Source: Escherichia coli
GTDB lineage: Bacteria > Pseudomonadota > Gammaproteobacteria > Enterobacterales > Enterobacteriaceae
NCBI RefSeq assembly: GCF_051903065.1
Contig: NZ_CP178438.1
Reading direction: 5' to 3' (one strand)
DNA length: 64,000 nucleotides
Below the pieces are notes generated by a model. That model was not told where the DNA came from and ran no database searches. It saw only the letters and a list, made by a program, of their open reading frames with translations. The translations under genes and the position numbers were made by a program. Shown here piece by piece: positions 1-18,730 of the stretch (position 1 is its first letter; every line of letters begins with the position of its first letter).

Positions 1-1245
1 CCCTTTGATCTCTTTTGCTGCCTGCGCGCTACGGCTGGCAAGATTGCGCACTTCACCTGCCACTACCGCAAAACCACGCCCCTGCTCTCCGGCGCGAGCC
101 GCTTCCACTGCCGCATTCAGGGCCAGAATATTGGTCTGGAAAGCAATTCCGTCGATAACGCTGATAATGTCGCCAATTTTTTGCGAGCTGGTGGCGATCC
201 CCTGCATGGTGTGAGTCATGGTACTGACCTGAACACCGCCCGCCTGCGCCGTTGTCGCGGCATTTTTTGCCAGTTCCGACGCCTGTCGTGCGTTATCGGC
301 GTTTTGCCCTACCGTGGCGGTTAATTGCTCCATACTGGCGGCCGTTTGTGCCAGCGATGCCGCCTGCTGTTCGGTACGACTTGAGAGATCGTTATTGCCT
401 GCGACAATCTCCGCGATCCCAATGTGCATCTCCTGGCTTCCCTTACGCACATCACTCACCGTCCCACGCAAAGCCTGCTGCATGGTCTTCAGGCTGGCAA
501 AAATGGCGGTGATCTCATTACGACCATATACCGCAATCGGACGCGCCAGATTACCCGCAGCAATGCTGTCAAAATGGCTACCGATAATGGCCAGTGGTTG
601 AACAATCATCTTGCGCGTCCACCACAGCGCACTGCTGATGTAGATCGCCGCAACAATAATCATGCTGATAAACACCAGCGCCGAAATCTGATAGTTACGC
701 TGGCTTTGCGCACTGGCGGCTTCCAGCACATGGTTGATCTCCAGCTGCCAGGCCTCAAAGTTAACGTCAAACGCATTCTGTGATCCCTGCACCGGCGCAG
801 TGAGGAAATCCGAAAGTTGATTACTTTCAAGCCAGGTCGCCTGATGTTCGAGATCGTTGTGCCAGCGGGCAAAACTTTTCTCCGTCTCTTTTTGCAATGC
901 CCTGACGTGCTCGTTGCCCGCAGTCATCGCCATAAAACTTTTAAACAGCGTGGTGGATTGCGTCAGACTGGCGCGCGCCGTCGTCATCAACGTTTTAATG
1001 TCATCCGCCGGATAGCTAAGCGCTGTCAGAGTGCCTGCTTTGTTCAGCGCGGTACTGGCCTGTAACATTACCGCCCGAGTTTGCGCTAATGCCGCACGTT
1101 GCTGATTGCTCTGCTCGACCTGATTCAGTCGTTGCAAATCGTCGCGAAATGCCCAAAAAGACATGCCGTTACTGCCAATCTGCAAGATCCCGCAGAGAAT
1201 CAAAATTAAAAACAGCGTGGTCGAAATTCGAATACGATTAAACAT
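1..1245 (-). CDS. tap: methyl-accepting chemotaxis protein Tap, 3' end cut by window edge
   Basis: Reverse translation from 1245 reads [35 protein letters not shown] and stays open to position 1; lies downstream of tar as in K-12. Confidence 0.9.
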   Translation of the reverse strand, partial: MFNRIRISTTLFLILILCGILQIGSNGMSFWAFRDDLQRLNQVEQSNQQRAALAQTRAVMLQASTALNKAGTLTALSYPADDIKTLMTTARASLTQSTTLFKSFMAMTAGNEHVRALQKETEKSFARWHNDLEHQATWLESNQLSDFLTAPVQGSQNAFDVNFEAWQLEINHVLEAASAQSQRNYQISALVFISMIIVAAIYISSALWWTRKMIVQPLAIIGSHFDSIAAGNLARPIAVYGRNEITAIFASLKTMQQALRGTVSDVRKGSQEMHIGIAEIVAGNNDLSSRTEQQAASLAQTAASMEQLTATVGQNADNARQASELAKNAATTAQAGGVQVSTMTHTMQGIATSSQKIGDIISVIDGIAFQTNILALNAAVEAARAGEQGRGFAVVAGEVRNLASRSAQAAKEIKG

Positions 1246-1290
1246 CAACGCTCCCCATCAGGCGGCAATGACCGCGTTAGTAAATACTCG

Positions 1291-2952
1291 TCAAAATGTT
1301 TCCCAGTTTGGATCTTGTTCAGCAATTCGCAGTCGTGGCTGTGCCGGTGGTTGCTCACTAGCAGGACGGGATGGTGTTTGCGGTTTATTGGTGAGTGGGC
1401 TGGCTGCCAGACGAAACGCGGAAACCGCTTGCGTTAAACGACTTGCCTGTTCTTCCAGCGCAGCTGCGGCGGCAGCTGATTCCTGCACCAGCGATGCGTT
1501 CTGTTGCGTGACGCGATCCATTTCCGAAACCGCCAATGCGACTTGATCGATGCCACGGCTCTGTTCATCCGATGCCGATGCAATCTCGCCCATAATGTCA
1601 GTCACGCGAGTGACAGCATTGACGATATTGTTCATTGTTTCCCCGGCGCTTTCGACCAGCACCGAACCGGTATCAACGCGCGAGACGGAGTCTTCAATGA
1701 GAGCTTTGATCTCTTTTGCCGCCTGGGCGCTACGACTGGCAAGATTACGCACTTCGCCCGCCACCACGGCAAAACCACGGCCCTGTTCACCCGCTCGCGC
1801 GGCTTCAACCGCGGCATTCAGCGCGAGGATATTAGTCTGGAAGGCAATACCGTCGATAACGCTGATAATGTCGGCAATTTTCTTCGAACTATCGGCGATC
1901 TCATGCATCGTTTTCACTACGCCATCCACCACTTTGCCGCCGTGCTGGGCGGTGTCGGAGGCACTTTGCGCCAGTTGCGAGGCCTGGCGGGCGTTATCGG
2001 CATTTTGCTTCACTGTCGCGGTGAGCTGCTCCATGCTGGCGGCAGTTTCTTCCAGCGCGGATGCCTGCTGTTCAGTACGGGAGGAAAGATCGGTGTTGCC
2101 CGCCGCAATTTCACGGGTACCGGCATAGATGGCATCTGAACCTTCGCGGACATGAGTGACGGTGTCAGTCAAAGAGCGTTGCATATGTGAAACGCTCTGC
2201 GCCAGGTCGCCCATTTCACTGCGCCCGTCAATGGTCAGGGTATTCGCCAGGTTACCACCGGCGATTTCGCGAATGTGAGCAATAATTTTTGCCAGCGGTG
2301 TAAGCAACATACGGCGAATGCCGTACCACGCCACCAGCAGAATCAATACTACCACCAGCGCGATAACCGCCAGTTGCCACTGGGCAAATCGGTAATCATC
2401 TGCGTTGTCAGTGACGATATCGCGATACAGTTTTTCACTGCTGAGGGCGTACTGAGCAAACGCTTCGCCCATTGCATTTTGCATTCCCTGGGTTGGCTGA
2501 GCGAAATAAGCTCCAGTATTGCCATAATCAAGATAATCAATCAGCTCAGTTAACGCTGTGTAATAGTTTTTATATTTTTCATCAATATTACGACTGGTAG
2601 CGACCATTTCAGGTAACGGTGCCATGCTTTTGAATTTTTTATAATGAGTCGCGGCCTGGGCCAATGTTTTCCTGGCGCTATCGAGCAATTCAACTTTGGC
2701 ATTACTTTGTTGATTGGAGGAATCCATCATCATCCGCACCGCTGAACGACTCAGGTTAATGCGCGTTTGCAGCATTAAATCCCAGGTTGACGTCAGCTCG
2801 CCCTGCTGTTCCCGTAATTGATTGGAAACCACAAAGCTCTTCTGGCTATGGTGAAGGGAAGAAAAAAACAGACTGCCGGAAATAAGCTGTAACAGTGCGA
2901 ATACCCCCAGCACCATTACCAACAGCGTGACTACGCGGATACGGTTAATCAT
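1291..2952 (-). CDS. tar: methyl-accepting chemotaxis protein Tar (aspartate/maltose chemoreceptor)
   Basis: ORF 1291..2973; canonical N-terminus [11 protein letters not shown] gives a 553-aa product; MCP signalling domain motifs; synteny. Confidence 0.95.
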   Translation of the reverse strand: MINRIRVVTLLVMVLGVFALLQLISGSLFFSSLHHSQKSFVVSNQLREQQGELTSTWDLMLQTRINLSRSAVRMMMDSSNQQSNAKVELLDSARKTLAQAATHYKKFKSMAPLPEMVATSRNIDEKYKNYYTALTELIDYLDYGNTGAYFAQPTQGMQNAMGEAFAQYALSSEKLYRDIVTDNADDYRFAQWQLAVIALVVVLILLVAWYGIRRMLLTPLAKIIAHIREIAGGNLANTLTIDGRSEMGDLAQSVSHMQRSLTDTVTHVREGSDAIYAGTREIAAGNTDLSSRTEQQASALEETAASMEQLTATVKQNADNARQASQLAQSASDTAQHGGKVVDGVVKTMHEIADSSKKIADIISVIDGIAFQTNILALNAAVEAARAGEQGRGFAVVAGEVRNLASRSAQAAKEIKALIEDSVSRVDTGSVLVESAGETMNNIVNAVTRVTDIMGEIASASDEQSRGIDQVALAVSEMDRVTQQNASLVQESAAAAAALEEQASRLTQAVSAFRLAASPLTNKPQTPSRPASEQPPAQPRLRIAEQDPNWETF

Positions 2953-3035
2953 AAGGCACCTTCCTGAAAACAAGTTGATCTCGTTATCGGCAAGAAGGGG
3001 GGAAACTTTATTGCTGATGCCACCCGCCGCGAAAT

Positions 3036-3066
3036 TGAAATAAAACCCGATGCGCAGATCATCGGG
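3036..3066 (-). terminator. Rho-independent terminator-like hairpin after cheW
   Basis: Stem cccgatg/catcggg (3046-3052 / 3060-3066) followed on the minus strand by a T-rich run. Confidence 0.5.
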
Positions 3067-3094
3067 TTCATTTCAATTGAGGAAATCGGGAGAA

Positions 3095-3598
3095 TTACGC
3101 CACTTCTGACGCCGCGCTATCTAACAGCGCCATCTCTTCGCTGTTCAGCAGTTTTTCGATGTTCACCAGAATCAACATCCGGTCGCCCAGTGCGCCCAGT
3201 CCAGTGAGATATTCTGTTGAAAGCGTCACGGCAAATTCCGGTGCCGGACGAATTTGCTCCGCCGTCAATGAAAGCACGTCTGAAACGCCGTCAACCACGA
3301 TGCCGACCACCCGCTGTCCGAGATTCAGGACGATAACTACCGTGTTGTCGTTATAGTCCACATCCACCTGGCTGAACTTAATTCGTAAGTCAACAATCGG
3401 CACAATAACGCCGCGCAGATTCGTGACGCCTTTGATAAACGCTGGCGTGTTCGCAATCCGTGTTACCTGATCGTAGCCACGGATCTCCTGCACTTTCAGG
3501 ATATCAATACCGTACTCTTCATCACCAAGGGTAAATACCAGAAATTCCTGGCCTGACGGCTCGCTGGCCAGCTTTGTTACATTCGTCATACCGGTCAT
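3095..3598 (-). CDS. cheW: chemotaxis coupling protein CheW
   Basis: 167-aa [35 protein letters not shown]...; synteny. Confidence 0.97.
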
Positions 3599-3618
3599 AT
3601 TGTTACCTTTTTACTCAT

Positions 3619-6510
<2,892 letters not shown>

Positions 6511-6514
<4 letters not shown>

Positions 6515-7398
6515 GCTTCCTCGGTTGTCGTCTGTTGTTGCGGATTTTTCACCGCACGCACATGCTCTTCCAGTTCAATAAACGACGGACGTTCGCTGGA
6601 ATAGAGCGTTTTGCGACCAAACTCAACGGCGATAGGCGGTGCGTAACCGTTCAGATTAGAAAGCAGTGTGACTTTGACGCACTGCATCATTTTGCTGGTT
6701 TCGGCGCTTTTCTGACGTAAAACACTCGCTAATGGGGAAATAAATCCGTAAGCCAATAAAATGCCGAGGAAAGTCCCCACCATCGCATGTGCGATAAGCG
6801 CCCCCAGCTCGGCGGCAGGACGATCGGCTGAACCTAACGCGTGAACGACCCCCATTACAGCCGCGACAATACCAAACGCCGGAAGTGAGTCCCCGACCAG
6901 CGCCAGACTGTTCGCCGGGACTTCTGCCTCGCTTTCGTGCGTCTCAATCTCTTCATCCATCAGGGCTTCGATTTCGAAGGTGTTCATGTGACCGCTGATA
7001 ATCAGGCGCAGATAATCGACGATAAAATCAAGCATGACGCTATCCGCGATGATGCGTGGGTAGCTGGCGAAGATCTCGCTCTCACGGGGATTTTCAATAT
7101 CACGTTCCAGCGAAAACATCCCCATCTGCCGCGATTTCGCCATCAACCGATAAAGCAGAGCCAGCAGATCCATATACATTGCTTTGGTGTATTTGGAGCG
7201 ACGAAACAGCAATGGCAGCGCTTTAAGCGTGCCTTTAATCGCTTTGCCATTATTGCCGACGATAAACGACCCAATCCCTGCACCGGCAATAATCACCAGT
7301 TCAGCGGGTTGATAGAGTGCTCCAAGGCTTCCACCGGTCATCAAATAACCGCCGAAAACTGTACCGAGAACAACCAGGTAACCTAATAAGATAAGCAC
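6511..7398 (-). CDS. motA: flagellar motor stator protein MotA
   Basis: 295-aa [37 protein letters not shown]; 4-bp overlap with motB. Confidence 0.97.
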
Positions 7399-7466
7399 GA
7401 CATCATCCTTCCACTGTTGACCATGACAGGATGTTCAGTCGTCAGGCGTTAACGCGCGATTGGGGC

Positions 7467-7499
7467 AAAAAAAAGCAGCGGTACGTCGTTACCGCTGCT
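7467..7499 (-). terminator. Rho-independent terminator downstream of flhC
   Basis: 9-bp stem gcagcggta/taccgctgc followed by a run of 8 T on the minus strand, between flhC stop and motA start. Confidence 0.7.
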
Positions 7500-7524
7500 G
7501 GAATGTTGCGCCACACCGTATCAG

Positions 7525-8103
7525 TTAAACAGCCTGTACTCTCTGTTCATCCAGCAATTGTGGGATAATATCGGCAGGATTCTGGGAAAGTTTACGTCTT
7601 TTTACTGCCCGGGATGGCGGTTGACATAAGCTGCAGGCAAAGCTGCCAACAGGCTGGTGAGCGTGGGTAATAAAATTGCCGCCGCAGCAGTTGCAGCTGG
7701 AAAGTTGCAGTAATCCACTTTCAACAAACCGCACCAATGTCCAGGCACGGGTTAATGCCAGCAGCGGTCCTTCTTCTGCTTGCGGGCACTGTTCGAGGTA
7801 TAAACGGTAGGCTTTGATCACCGCATCGACGCCATTACACAAACCGGTTTTCAGTAAAAACTGCCATGCATTACAGAACATCGAAGCATGAACGTTTTGT
7901 TCCCAGGTCATAAACCAGTCGGTTGAAAATGGCAGCATGCCTTTCGGCGGTGGGCTTCCGCGCAGTTCTTTATAAAGTTTTATCAGGCGTCCGCGACTTA
8001 ACTGTGTTTCGCTTTCCAGCATCTGCAAACGAGCGCCCAGGGTGATCAATTCCATTGCCAGCTGAATATCCCGCGCTTCCTGAACAATGCTTTTTTCACT
8101 CAT
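7525..8103 (-). CDS. flhC: flagellar master regulator FlhC
   Basis: 192-aa [30 protein letters not shown]; synteny. Confidence 0.97.
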
Positions 8104-8105
8104 GA

Positions 8106-8456
8106 TCAGGCCCTTTTCTTGCGCAGCGCTTCTTCAGGCTGATTAACATCATTCAGCAAGCGTGTTGAGAGCATGATGCCGGTATGAATTTGCTGGAGAT
8201 CGTCAACGCGGGAATCTTGCGTCAACTGAGTAATCGTCTGGTGGCTGTCAAAACGGAAGTGACAAACCAGCTGATTGGTTTCTGCCAGCTTAACCATTTG
8301 CGGAAGAGTCAGTGCCGCTAATGTTGTCGCCATTTCTTCATTTATGCCGAGACGAAACATAGCGGACGCTTTGTCCTGAACAATCAGACGCTGTGCAAGT
8401 AGTAAATATGACAAGTTGATGTCATAAATGTGTTTCAGCAACTCGGAGGTATGCAT
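8106..8456 (-). CDS. flhD: flagellar master regulator FlhD
   Basis: ORF 8106..8465; conventional start at [24 protein letters not shown] gives 116 aa. Confidence 0.95.
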
Positions 8457-9235
8457 TATTCCCACCCAGAATAACCAACTTTATTTTTATGCGGTTTCAC
8501 CGCACCCCGTGATGTCGCCGGGAAGCCCCGGTAAAAAATAATTAGCATTAGAATAGTTGCGATAAGCTGCAATAAGCAGAGCCACCTTTTTGGTTTAATA
8601 AGTCCTTACAAATAGAAGGGGGTCTTTACACTTATCTAAGATTATTCCTAAATCGACGCAACTGTACTCGTCACTACACGCACATACAACGGAGGGGGGC
8701 TGCGATTTTCATTAATGTGTGATGCAGATCACACAAATCACTCAATTACTTAACATAAATGTATAAGTCATACTTTTGTTTTGGGTGTATTTCAATCTGT
8801 TAAAAAGTTTTTCGCTACGCTAGCAAGCAAAAATGAAACAGGAATAATCGAAATGGGATGTTGCGCACAGTTAAAATAACTCACCGTAAATAATCATCTG
8901 CTATAAATAATCACTTTCATGCAATACCAGATAAGCTATTTTTAAACAGACACTTACCGCACAACAAACTAATTAAATACAAAGAAAGGCAACAATCAAC
9001 TTAATGTTAATAAAATGTTTTGCATATATTAACCACTTGTTTAATGCGGGGAATCAGTACATTATTTTCTTATAATTACAGTTGAAATCATATGATCACC
9101 GAGAGTGATTGATTAATTGTCTTTACTAATAATCAGACTAATATTTACCTGTTTGACTGAGTTGGGATTGCGTCGTTTCTCCATTAGGAGTAAAGCTTTA
9201 ATGTCACCTGAAGTTCACAGAATAAGGAACAGGTT
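8457..9235. promoter_or_regulatory. flhDC upstream regulatory region, AT-rich, no IS element present
   Basis: About 780 bp AT-rich intergenic between flhD and uspC; exact promoter and factor sites not mapped here. Confidence 0.5.
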
Positions 9236-9664
9236 ATGAGCTATAGCAATATTCTTGTCGCCGTTGCGGTTACACCGGAAAGTCAGCAACTGCTGGCAAA
9301 AGCGGTATCTATCGCCAGGCCAGTAAAGGGACACATCAGTTTAATTACTCTCGCTTCCGACCCAGAAATGTACAATCAATTAGCTGCGCCGATGCTTGAA
9401 GATTTACGCAGCGTGATGCAGGAAGAAACGCAAAGCTTTCTTGATAAGTTAATTCAGGATGCGGGGTATCCCGTTGACAATACGTTTATTGCCTACGGTG
9501 AGTTAAGCGAACATATTCTGGAAGTTTGTCGCAAATATCATTTCGATTTGGTGATTTGCGGTAATCACAATCACAGTTTCTTTTCGCGAGCATCCTGCTC
9601 GGCGAAAAGAGTGATTGCCTCAAGTGAGGTCGATGTGCTGTTAGTTCCACTTACGGGAGATTAA
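9236..9664 (+). CDS. uspC: universal stress protein C
   Basis: 142-aa ORF MSYSNILVAVAVTPESQQLLAKAVSIARP; Usp fold; synteny. Confidence 0.95.
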   Translation: MSYSNILVAVAVTPESQQLLAKAVSIARPVKGHISLITLASDPEMYNQLAAPMLEDLRSVMQEETQSFLDKLIQDAGYPVDNTFIAYGELSEHILEVCRKYHFDLVICGNHNHSFFSRASCSAKRVIASSEVDVLLVPLTGD

Positions 9665-9670
9665 CCGCTC

Positions 9671-13026
<3,356 letters not shown>

Positions 13027-13037
13027 ACTCTCCTTAC

Positions 13038-14552
13038 TCAGGCAACTGCCTGGCTGACTTTAGGCATCGCAAGGCTCAGTGCCTGACGCTCATCTGCCTG
13101 CTCGTGTAACAATTCACCGGCGATTTCACCTTCCCGCATCACCACAATCCGGTCGGCAACGCCGAGGACTTCAGGTAAGTCGCTGGAGGCAAACAGCACC
13201 GCCACGCCCTGCGCCGCCAGCGCATAAATTACGTTATATATTTCGTGCTTAGCGCCAACATCAATGCCGCGCGTAGGTTCATCCAGCAAAATGACCTTCA
13301 TCTCTTCCGATAACCAGCGGCCCAGAATGGCTTTTTGCTGATTTCCACCTGAGAGATTCATAATCAGTTGCTCAGCGCCCGGCGTTTTGATGTTGAGCGA
13401 ACGAATGTGGTGATCGGCATTGTTTTCTTCCCAACCGTTGTTGATTACACAACCGCCGAGCACATGTTTACGTCTGGCACTGATGTTGATATTGTCGCGA
13501 ACGGAGTGCACAGGAATAATGCCTTCCGCTTTGCGATCTTCCGGGCAGAGCATCATGCCTGCGGCAATGGCGTGGCTCGGTTTACGAATATCGATCGGCT
13601 GTTGGTCGATATAAACCTGACCGGCGGTGATTTGCGTCCCGCCAAACATGCCTTTCATTAATTCGCTACGCCCCGCCCCTACCAGACCAAACAGCCCAAC
13701 AATTTCACCACTGCGAACCGCCAGACTTATTGGCGTACGCACGCCTGGTGCTTTCACAGCATCAAGACGCAGGCGCTCCTCGCCATAACTACGCGGTTGC
13801 CAGCCGTAGATATCGCCAATGTCGCGCCCGACCATCGCCTGCACCAGCGCGTCGTGGTCAACCTGCTGCATATCGGTAAAGGTTTTGACATAACGTCCAT
13901 CTTTAAAGACAGTGATGGCATCGCTGAGGGCAAATATTTCTTCCATACGGTGAGAAACGTATAAGATCACCCGCCCCTCTTTTCGCAGTTCACGAATAAC
14001 GCTGAAAAGATTGTCGATTTCGCGGGCAGAAAGGGAGCTGGTTGGCTCATCAAAGGCGATAATTTTAGCGTTACGCGCCAGCGCCTTGGCGATTTCAACC
14101 ATCTGCCACTGACCAATGGAGAGATATTTCAGCGGCGTGTCCGGGTCAATATCCATACCAAGATGTTTAAGTTGTAAACCCGCCTCATAATTCAGCAATG
14201 AGCGATTCACAATGCCGCCTTTATGCGGCAGCTGGCCGAGATAGATGTTTTCCGCGACGGTCATTTCCGGCACGAGATGCAGTTCCTGGTAAATAATCGC
14301 CACACCCGCGTTAAGTGCTGCGGTCGTGTCGGAAAAGGACATTTCCTGCCCATTAATCACTACAGAACCCGTGGTTGGCGCATAGTTGCCGCTGAGGATT
14401 TTTAAGAGAGTTGATTTTCCTGCGCCATTTTCACCCATCAACGCATGAACCTGACCGGCATAGCAGTCAAAACTAATATCCGTCAGCGCCTTAACGCCGG
14501 GAAACGTTTTACCGATGCCGCGAAATGAGAGATACGGGGTAGACTGTTGCAT
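13038..14552 (-). CDS. araG: L-arabinose ABC transporter ATP-binding protein AraG
   Basis: ORF 13038..14597; canonical start [17 protein letters not shown]; two ABC cassettes (GENGAGKST Walker A). Confidence 0.95.
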   Translation of the reverse strand: MQQSTPYLSFRGIGKTFPGVKALTDISFDCYAGQVHALMGENGAGKSTLLKILSGNYAPTTGSVVINGQEMSFSDTTAALNAGVAIIYQELHLVPEMTVAENIYLGQLPHKGGIVNRSLLNYEAGLQLKHLGMDIDPDTPLKYLSIGQWQMVEIAKALARNAKIIAFDEPTSSLSAREIDNLFSVIRELRKEGRVILYVSHRMEEIFALSDAITVFKDGRYVKTFTDMQQVDHDALVQAMVGRDIGDIYGWQPRSYGEERLRLDAVKAPGVRTPISLAVRSGEIVGLFGLVGAGRSELMKGMFGGTQITAGQVYIDQQPIDIRKPSHAIAAGMMLCPEDRKAEGIIPVHSVRDNINISARRKHVLGGCVINNGWEENNADHHIRSLNIKTPGAEQLIMNLSGGNQQKAILGRWLSEEMKVILLDEPTRGIDVGAKHEIYNVIYALAAQGVAVLFASSDLPEVLGVADRIVVMREGEIAGELLHEQADERQALSLAMPKVSQAVA

Positions 14553-14621
14553 AACGTCTCCGTGAATCACTGGTCGTTCACACCCCCTCTGCATCATGCA
14601 GAGGGGAATTTTTCCGGCAAA

Positions 14622-15611
14622 TTACTTACCGCCTAAACCTTTTTTCTCCAGTTCTTCTTTAAAGTTGTCACGCGTGATCAGCACCACGTCGGTAACTTCG
14701 GTGAATTTGGTCGGTTCAACACCTTTTGCTACCCAGTTGTAAAGCATTTCGCTGGACTTATAACCATGTACGTCCGGGCTTGGCAACAGGGAACCGTAGA
14801 AGCCGGTTGCCTGTGCCTTAGACAGTTCGCTCACCGCATCCACACCGTTAATACCGATACCGATGATATCGGCCGCTTTAAAGCCCTGACCTTCCGTCGC
14901 GCGTACGCCGCCCAGCACGGTGCTGTCGTTCATACCGACGATCAGCCAATGTTTAACTTCCGGATGTTGAACCAGCATTGAGTTGGCAGCGTCAAATGCC
15001 CCGGGGATGTCGTTAGATTTGGTAGGTACCTGATAAATTTGTTTTTCCGGGAATCCTGCAGCTTTCAGCGCATCCATAGAACCCGTAGTACGGCGACGAG
15101 CCGTATCCAGTTCGTTGGAGGTAATCGCCATCACCGCGCTTTCTTTGACATCCCAGCCACGTTTCTGCATCTCTTTATACAGTTCCTGGCCCTGACGTTC
15201 GCCAATTTTGGTCGCCGCCATCATCACCAGAGGAACGGTATCCATTGGCTTACCTTTGGCGTTAACAAACTGGTCATCCACGGCAATGACTTTCATATCG
15301 TAGCCACGCGCTTTCGCCACGATGGCAGAGCCGAGTTTCGGGTCCGGAGTACAAATAACGAAACCTTTTGCGCCACTGGCGGCCAGGCTATCGATCGCGT
15401 TCAATGTTTTTTCGCCATCCGGCACGGCAATCTTAATAACCTCAAACCCTAAATCCTTCCCGGCTTTATCGGCAAACTTCCATTCGGTCTGGAACCACGG
15501 CTCTTCCGGTTGCTTCACCAGGAAACCGAGCTTCAGGTTCTCCGCCATAGCGGATTGTGACATAACGGCTGCCAGACCAATGGCTGCCAGGGCTTTAGTA
15601 AATTTGTGCAT
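14622..15611 (-). CDS. araF: L-arabinose periplasmic binding protein AraF
   Basis: ORF 14622..15662; canonical start MHKFTKALAAIGLAAVMSQSAMA (signal peptide) gives 329 aa. Confidence 0.95.
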   Translation of the reverse strand: MHKFTKALAAIGLAAVMSQSAMAENLKLGFLVKQPEEPWFQTEWKFADKAGKDLGFEVIKIAVPDGEKTLNAIDSLAASGAKGFVICTPDPKLGSAIVAKARGYDMKVIAVDDQFVNAKGKPMDTVPLVMMAATKIGERQGQELYKEMQKRGWDVKESAVMAITSNELDTARRRTTGSMDALKAAGFPEKQIYQVPTKSNDIPGAFDAANSMLVQHPEVKHWLIVGMNDSTVLGGVRATEGQGFKAADIIGIGINGVDAVSELSKAQATGFYGSLLPSPDVHGYKSSEMLYNWVAKGVEPTKFTEVTDVVLITRDNFKEELEKKGLGGK

Positions 15612-16406
15612 GGTTCTCTCCAGCTTTAGTGTCGTTTTGTGTAGGGCAAAAACGAATGACATTCGTTAAATTAATCGGAAAACAAAGCATTACCTTTTAA
15701 CTAAAAGATAAGTGACTGTGTTGACATAGTTTTAGCGAGAAATTAATTCTCCATAGGAGAGCAATATCACATCGCAGAATTACAGTGAGAACGTGCATAA
15801 ATTTAGCGGGAAAAGACATAAGGAAAGCCAATTTGTCAGACAAATTGTTGAATGCACAGCAGATTAATCCATAAGATTAGCCTGGAAATCCTTGTTGTCT
15901 TTGGTACCCATGCGGGATGTCTTCTTTGTAACCAGTCAATAGGCCGCATTACCTGGCGTTGAGTTTTTGAAATGGTGTAATAACCGCAACTCAAAGATGT
16001 GGAAAATGCACGTCATTCATTTCGTCATTAATTATCACTGTGCTCATTAATTAACAGAACACGTATAATGAGAGCCATCTCGCAAAAATGAAAAAACGTT
16101 TTATAAAATCATCACTTCATCATGAATTCAAATTCATTGATTAATATCAACAAGATACAAAAAGCACTATCATTAAAATTCATTGCAGTTACATTGATTT
16201 CATCAATGAAATGTAAAAATATATAAACTTGATGATTTAAGCATTTTCTTATACCCGTTCAGACGTTATTCTTATTTCAGATCATCGTCAGAATTGACTC
16301 CACGATCACATTTCGGACCGGCAGAAAGGAATTATTCTGCAAACAGTAATTATGGTGTTTTGATTTATCTTGCACCTCTCCACTTCTGGATATAAGGATA
16401 TTAGGT

Positions 16407-16910
16407 ATGGCAACCGCTGGAATGCTTCTCAAACTCAACTCTCAAATGAACCGCGAGTTTTACGCATCCAATCTCTACCTTCACCTGAGTAACTGGTGTT
16501 CTGAACAGAGTCTGAACGGCACCGCCACTTTCCTTCGCGCCCAGGCACAGAGTAATGTGACCCAAATGATGCGCATGTTTAACTTTATGAAGAGTGTCGG
16601 CGCTACCCCCATCGTTAAAGCCATTGATGTTCCCGGTGAAAAACTGAACTCTCTGGAAGAACTGTTCCAAAAAACGATGGAAGAATACGAGCAACGTTCT
16701 AGTACGTTGGCACAGTTAGCCGATGAAGCGAAAGAACTGAATGATGATTCAACCGTCAATTTCCTGCGCGATCTGGAAAAAGAACAGCAGCATGATGGCC
16801 TGTTGCTGCAAACCATTCTTGATGAAGTGCGCAGTGCGAAACTTGCGGGTATGTGCCCAGTGCAGACCGACCAACATGTTCTGAATGTCGTGTCGCATCA
16901 GCTGCATTGA
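16407..16910 (+). CDS. ftnB: ferritin-like protein FtnB
   Basis: 167-aa [36 protein letters not shown]; ferritin fold; synteny. Confidence 0.93.
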   Translation: MATAGMLLKLNSQMNREFYASNLYLHLSNWCSEQSLNGTATFLRAQAQSNVTQMMRMFNFMKSVGATPIVKAIDVPGEKLNSLEELFQKTMEEYEQRSSTLAQLADEAKELNDDSTVNFLRDLEKEQQHDGLLLQTILDEVRSAKLAGMCPVQTDQHVLNVVSHQLH

Positions 16911-16954
16911 TCATACATCGGCGCTAATGCATTGCGCCGATGAAGTTTTTGAGA

Positions 16955-16990
16955 AACCGCTGCCTCATCTTTTTGAAGCAGCGGTTTTTT
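16955..16990 (+). terminator. bidirectional Rho-independent terminator between ftnB and yecJ
   Basis: Stem ccgctgc/gcagcgg (16957-16963 / 16978-16984) followed by tttttt. Confidence 0.65.
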
Positions 16991-17240
16991 AATGGGATTC
17001 GCCTTGTGGGGTAAACTTGAGTTCAATCAGCGCGATGGCTTTTTGGATTGCCCGCATGGTGACCGGGTCTGCGGCGGCGGGATGGTTAGTAAAGTCGATA
17101 TTCTTCAGCTGGCTGGACATTTTTTCGCGAACTTCAACGGGCGCGATTACATCGAGAACATCCAGAATTTGTTTGATAACCAACTGGCAAGCAACCACAT
17201 CAGAAACCAGTTCCTGATCGGCATTCAGCGGCTGGGACAT
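16989..17240 (-). CDS. yecJ: DUF2766 family protein YecJ
   Basis: 83-aa [34 protein letters not shown]; synteny. Confidence 0.85.
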
Positions 17241-17354
17241 CGTAAACTCCTGATAGCATTTTGAAAGCCGTTATAGTAGCGGCTTCACATCTTCAGCGAT
17301 AGTCACATCCACCGTCATCAGGACACAAAAAAACCTGCCGGAGCAGGTTTTTTG

Positions 17355-17441
17355 TTATCGGAACATATTGCCTGGCGGTACGTCTTTGAACGTCTTGCAA
17401 TAGTTATTGAACATACTTTTCAGGATTTTGCGCAGTTTCAT
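17355..17441 (-). CDS. azuC: small protein AzuC (28 aa; the transcript is the dual-function sRNA AzuCR/IsrB)
   Basis: Reverse translation gives MKLRKILKSMFNNYCKTFKDVPPGNMFR then stop; below the 60-aa ORF-track cutoff, found by reading the sequence. Confidence 0.85.
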   Translation of the reverse strand: MKLRKILKSMFNNYCKTFKDVPPGNMFR

Positions 17442-17702
17442 CGCGGCACTCCGACCATTTGTTATACAGGTGTTATTGTCTTTGCGCTTATAATATGACA
17501 ACCATCACAAAAATCAATCTTTATGTGATGCAAATCACATAAATACCCCTTTAATGTTATAAAAATGATAATCAAAAAGCAGCCCCCCCTTTCTGACACC
17601 TACAGATGGCGAGAAATAGCGCCTGCCAGGCGTCTTTTCCGGCCATTGTCGCAGCGCTGTAACGCGTAAAATACTGCTTTCTTTTACTCTTCTGGCTGGA
17701 CC

Positions 17703-18026
17703 ATGAGACTTCTGATTCTGACTCTTTCATTAATAACGCTGGCGGGGTGTACGGTTACTCGCCAGGCCCATGTGAGCGAAGTTGACGCGGCAACAGGTAT
17801 TGTACGGTTGGTTTATGACCAGGCTTTTTTGCAGCATGCCCATACCGATCGTTATGTCAGTCGCGGGATCGCCGATCGCGCATGCCAGCAGGAAGGCTAT
17901 ACCCACGCGATCCCCTTTGGTCAGCCAGTAGGCAACTGTGGCCTTTTTGCGGGTTCCTTATGTTTGAATACGGAATTCACTTTGTCATATCAGTGCCATC
18001 ATTCCGCCTTCCCTGTCTTTCTCTAA
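17703..18026 (+). CDS. yecR: lipoprotein YecR
   Basis: 107-aa ORF MRLLILTLSLITLAGCTV (lipobox LAGC); synteny. Confidence 0.9.
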   Translation: MRLLILTLSLITLAGCTVTRQAHVSEVDAATGIVRLVYDQAFLQHAHTDRYVSRGIADRACQQEGYTHAIPFGQPVGNCGLFAGSLCLNTEFTLSYQCHHSAFPVFL

Positions 18027-18196
18027 ATATTTTAATCAGCGAGGGGATCTTCGCTGATTAAAGAAATAGCGGTAATGCGTTTTATTCCCATTCGTATTTT
18101 TAATAATTGAAGTTTATATTTTACCTTTTGCAAATAATAAAATAACAAATTATAGTGACGCCACAGCAACAAATATAACCTTTGTGGAGCACTATC

Positions 18197-18694
18197 ATGC
18201 TGAAACCAGAAATGATTGAAAAACTTAATGAGCAGATGAACCTGGAACTGTACTCTTCACTGCTTTATCAGCAAATGAGCGCCTGGTGCAGCTATCATAC
18301 CTTCGAAGGTGCTGCCGCGTTCCTGCGCCGTCACGCCCAGGAAGAGATGACGCATATGCAGCGTCTGTTTGATTACCTGACTGATACCGGCAATTTACCG
18401 CGTATTAATACCGTTGAATCTCCGTTTGCTGAATATTCCTCACTTGATGAATTATTCCAGGAAACCTATAAACACGAACAATTAATCACCCAGAAAATTA
18501 ACGAACTGGCTCATGCTGCAATGACCAATCAGGACTACCCAACATTTAATTTCCTGCAGTGGTATGTTTCTGAGCAGCATGAAGAAGAGAAACTGTTCAA
18601 ATCGATTATTGATAAATTAAGCCTGGCAGGCAAAAGCGGCGAAGGTCTGTATTTTATCGACAAAGAACTCTCTACCCTCGACACACAAAACTAA
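18197..18694 (+). CDS. ftnA: ferritin FtnA
   Basis: ORF 18182..18694; canonical start [21 protein letters not shown] gives 165 aa. Confidence 0.95.
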
Positions 18695-18730
18695 TGCTCT
18701 CCGGCGGCAGGTTTCTGCCGCCGTTTCAAA

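Noticed and set aside
5-2139. Plus-strand ORFs 5..214, 252..512, 314..601, 424..783, 1163..1546, 1504..2139 and 1550..2128
   Set aside because: They lie antisense to the tap and tar coding regions, whose reverse-strand translations match canonical chemoreceptors; GC-rich antisense frames are spurious.
15612-16406. Specific AraC/CRP sites of the araFGH promoter
   Set aside because: The region is the expected promoter interval, but I could not confidently place individual sites by eye, so none are reported.
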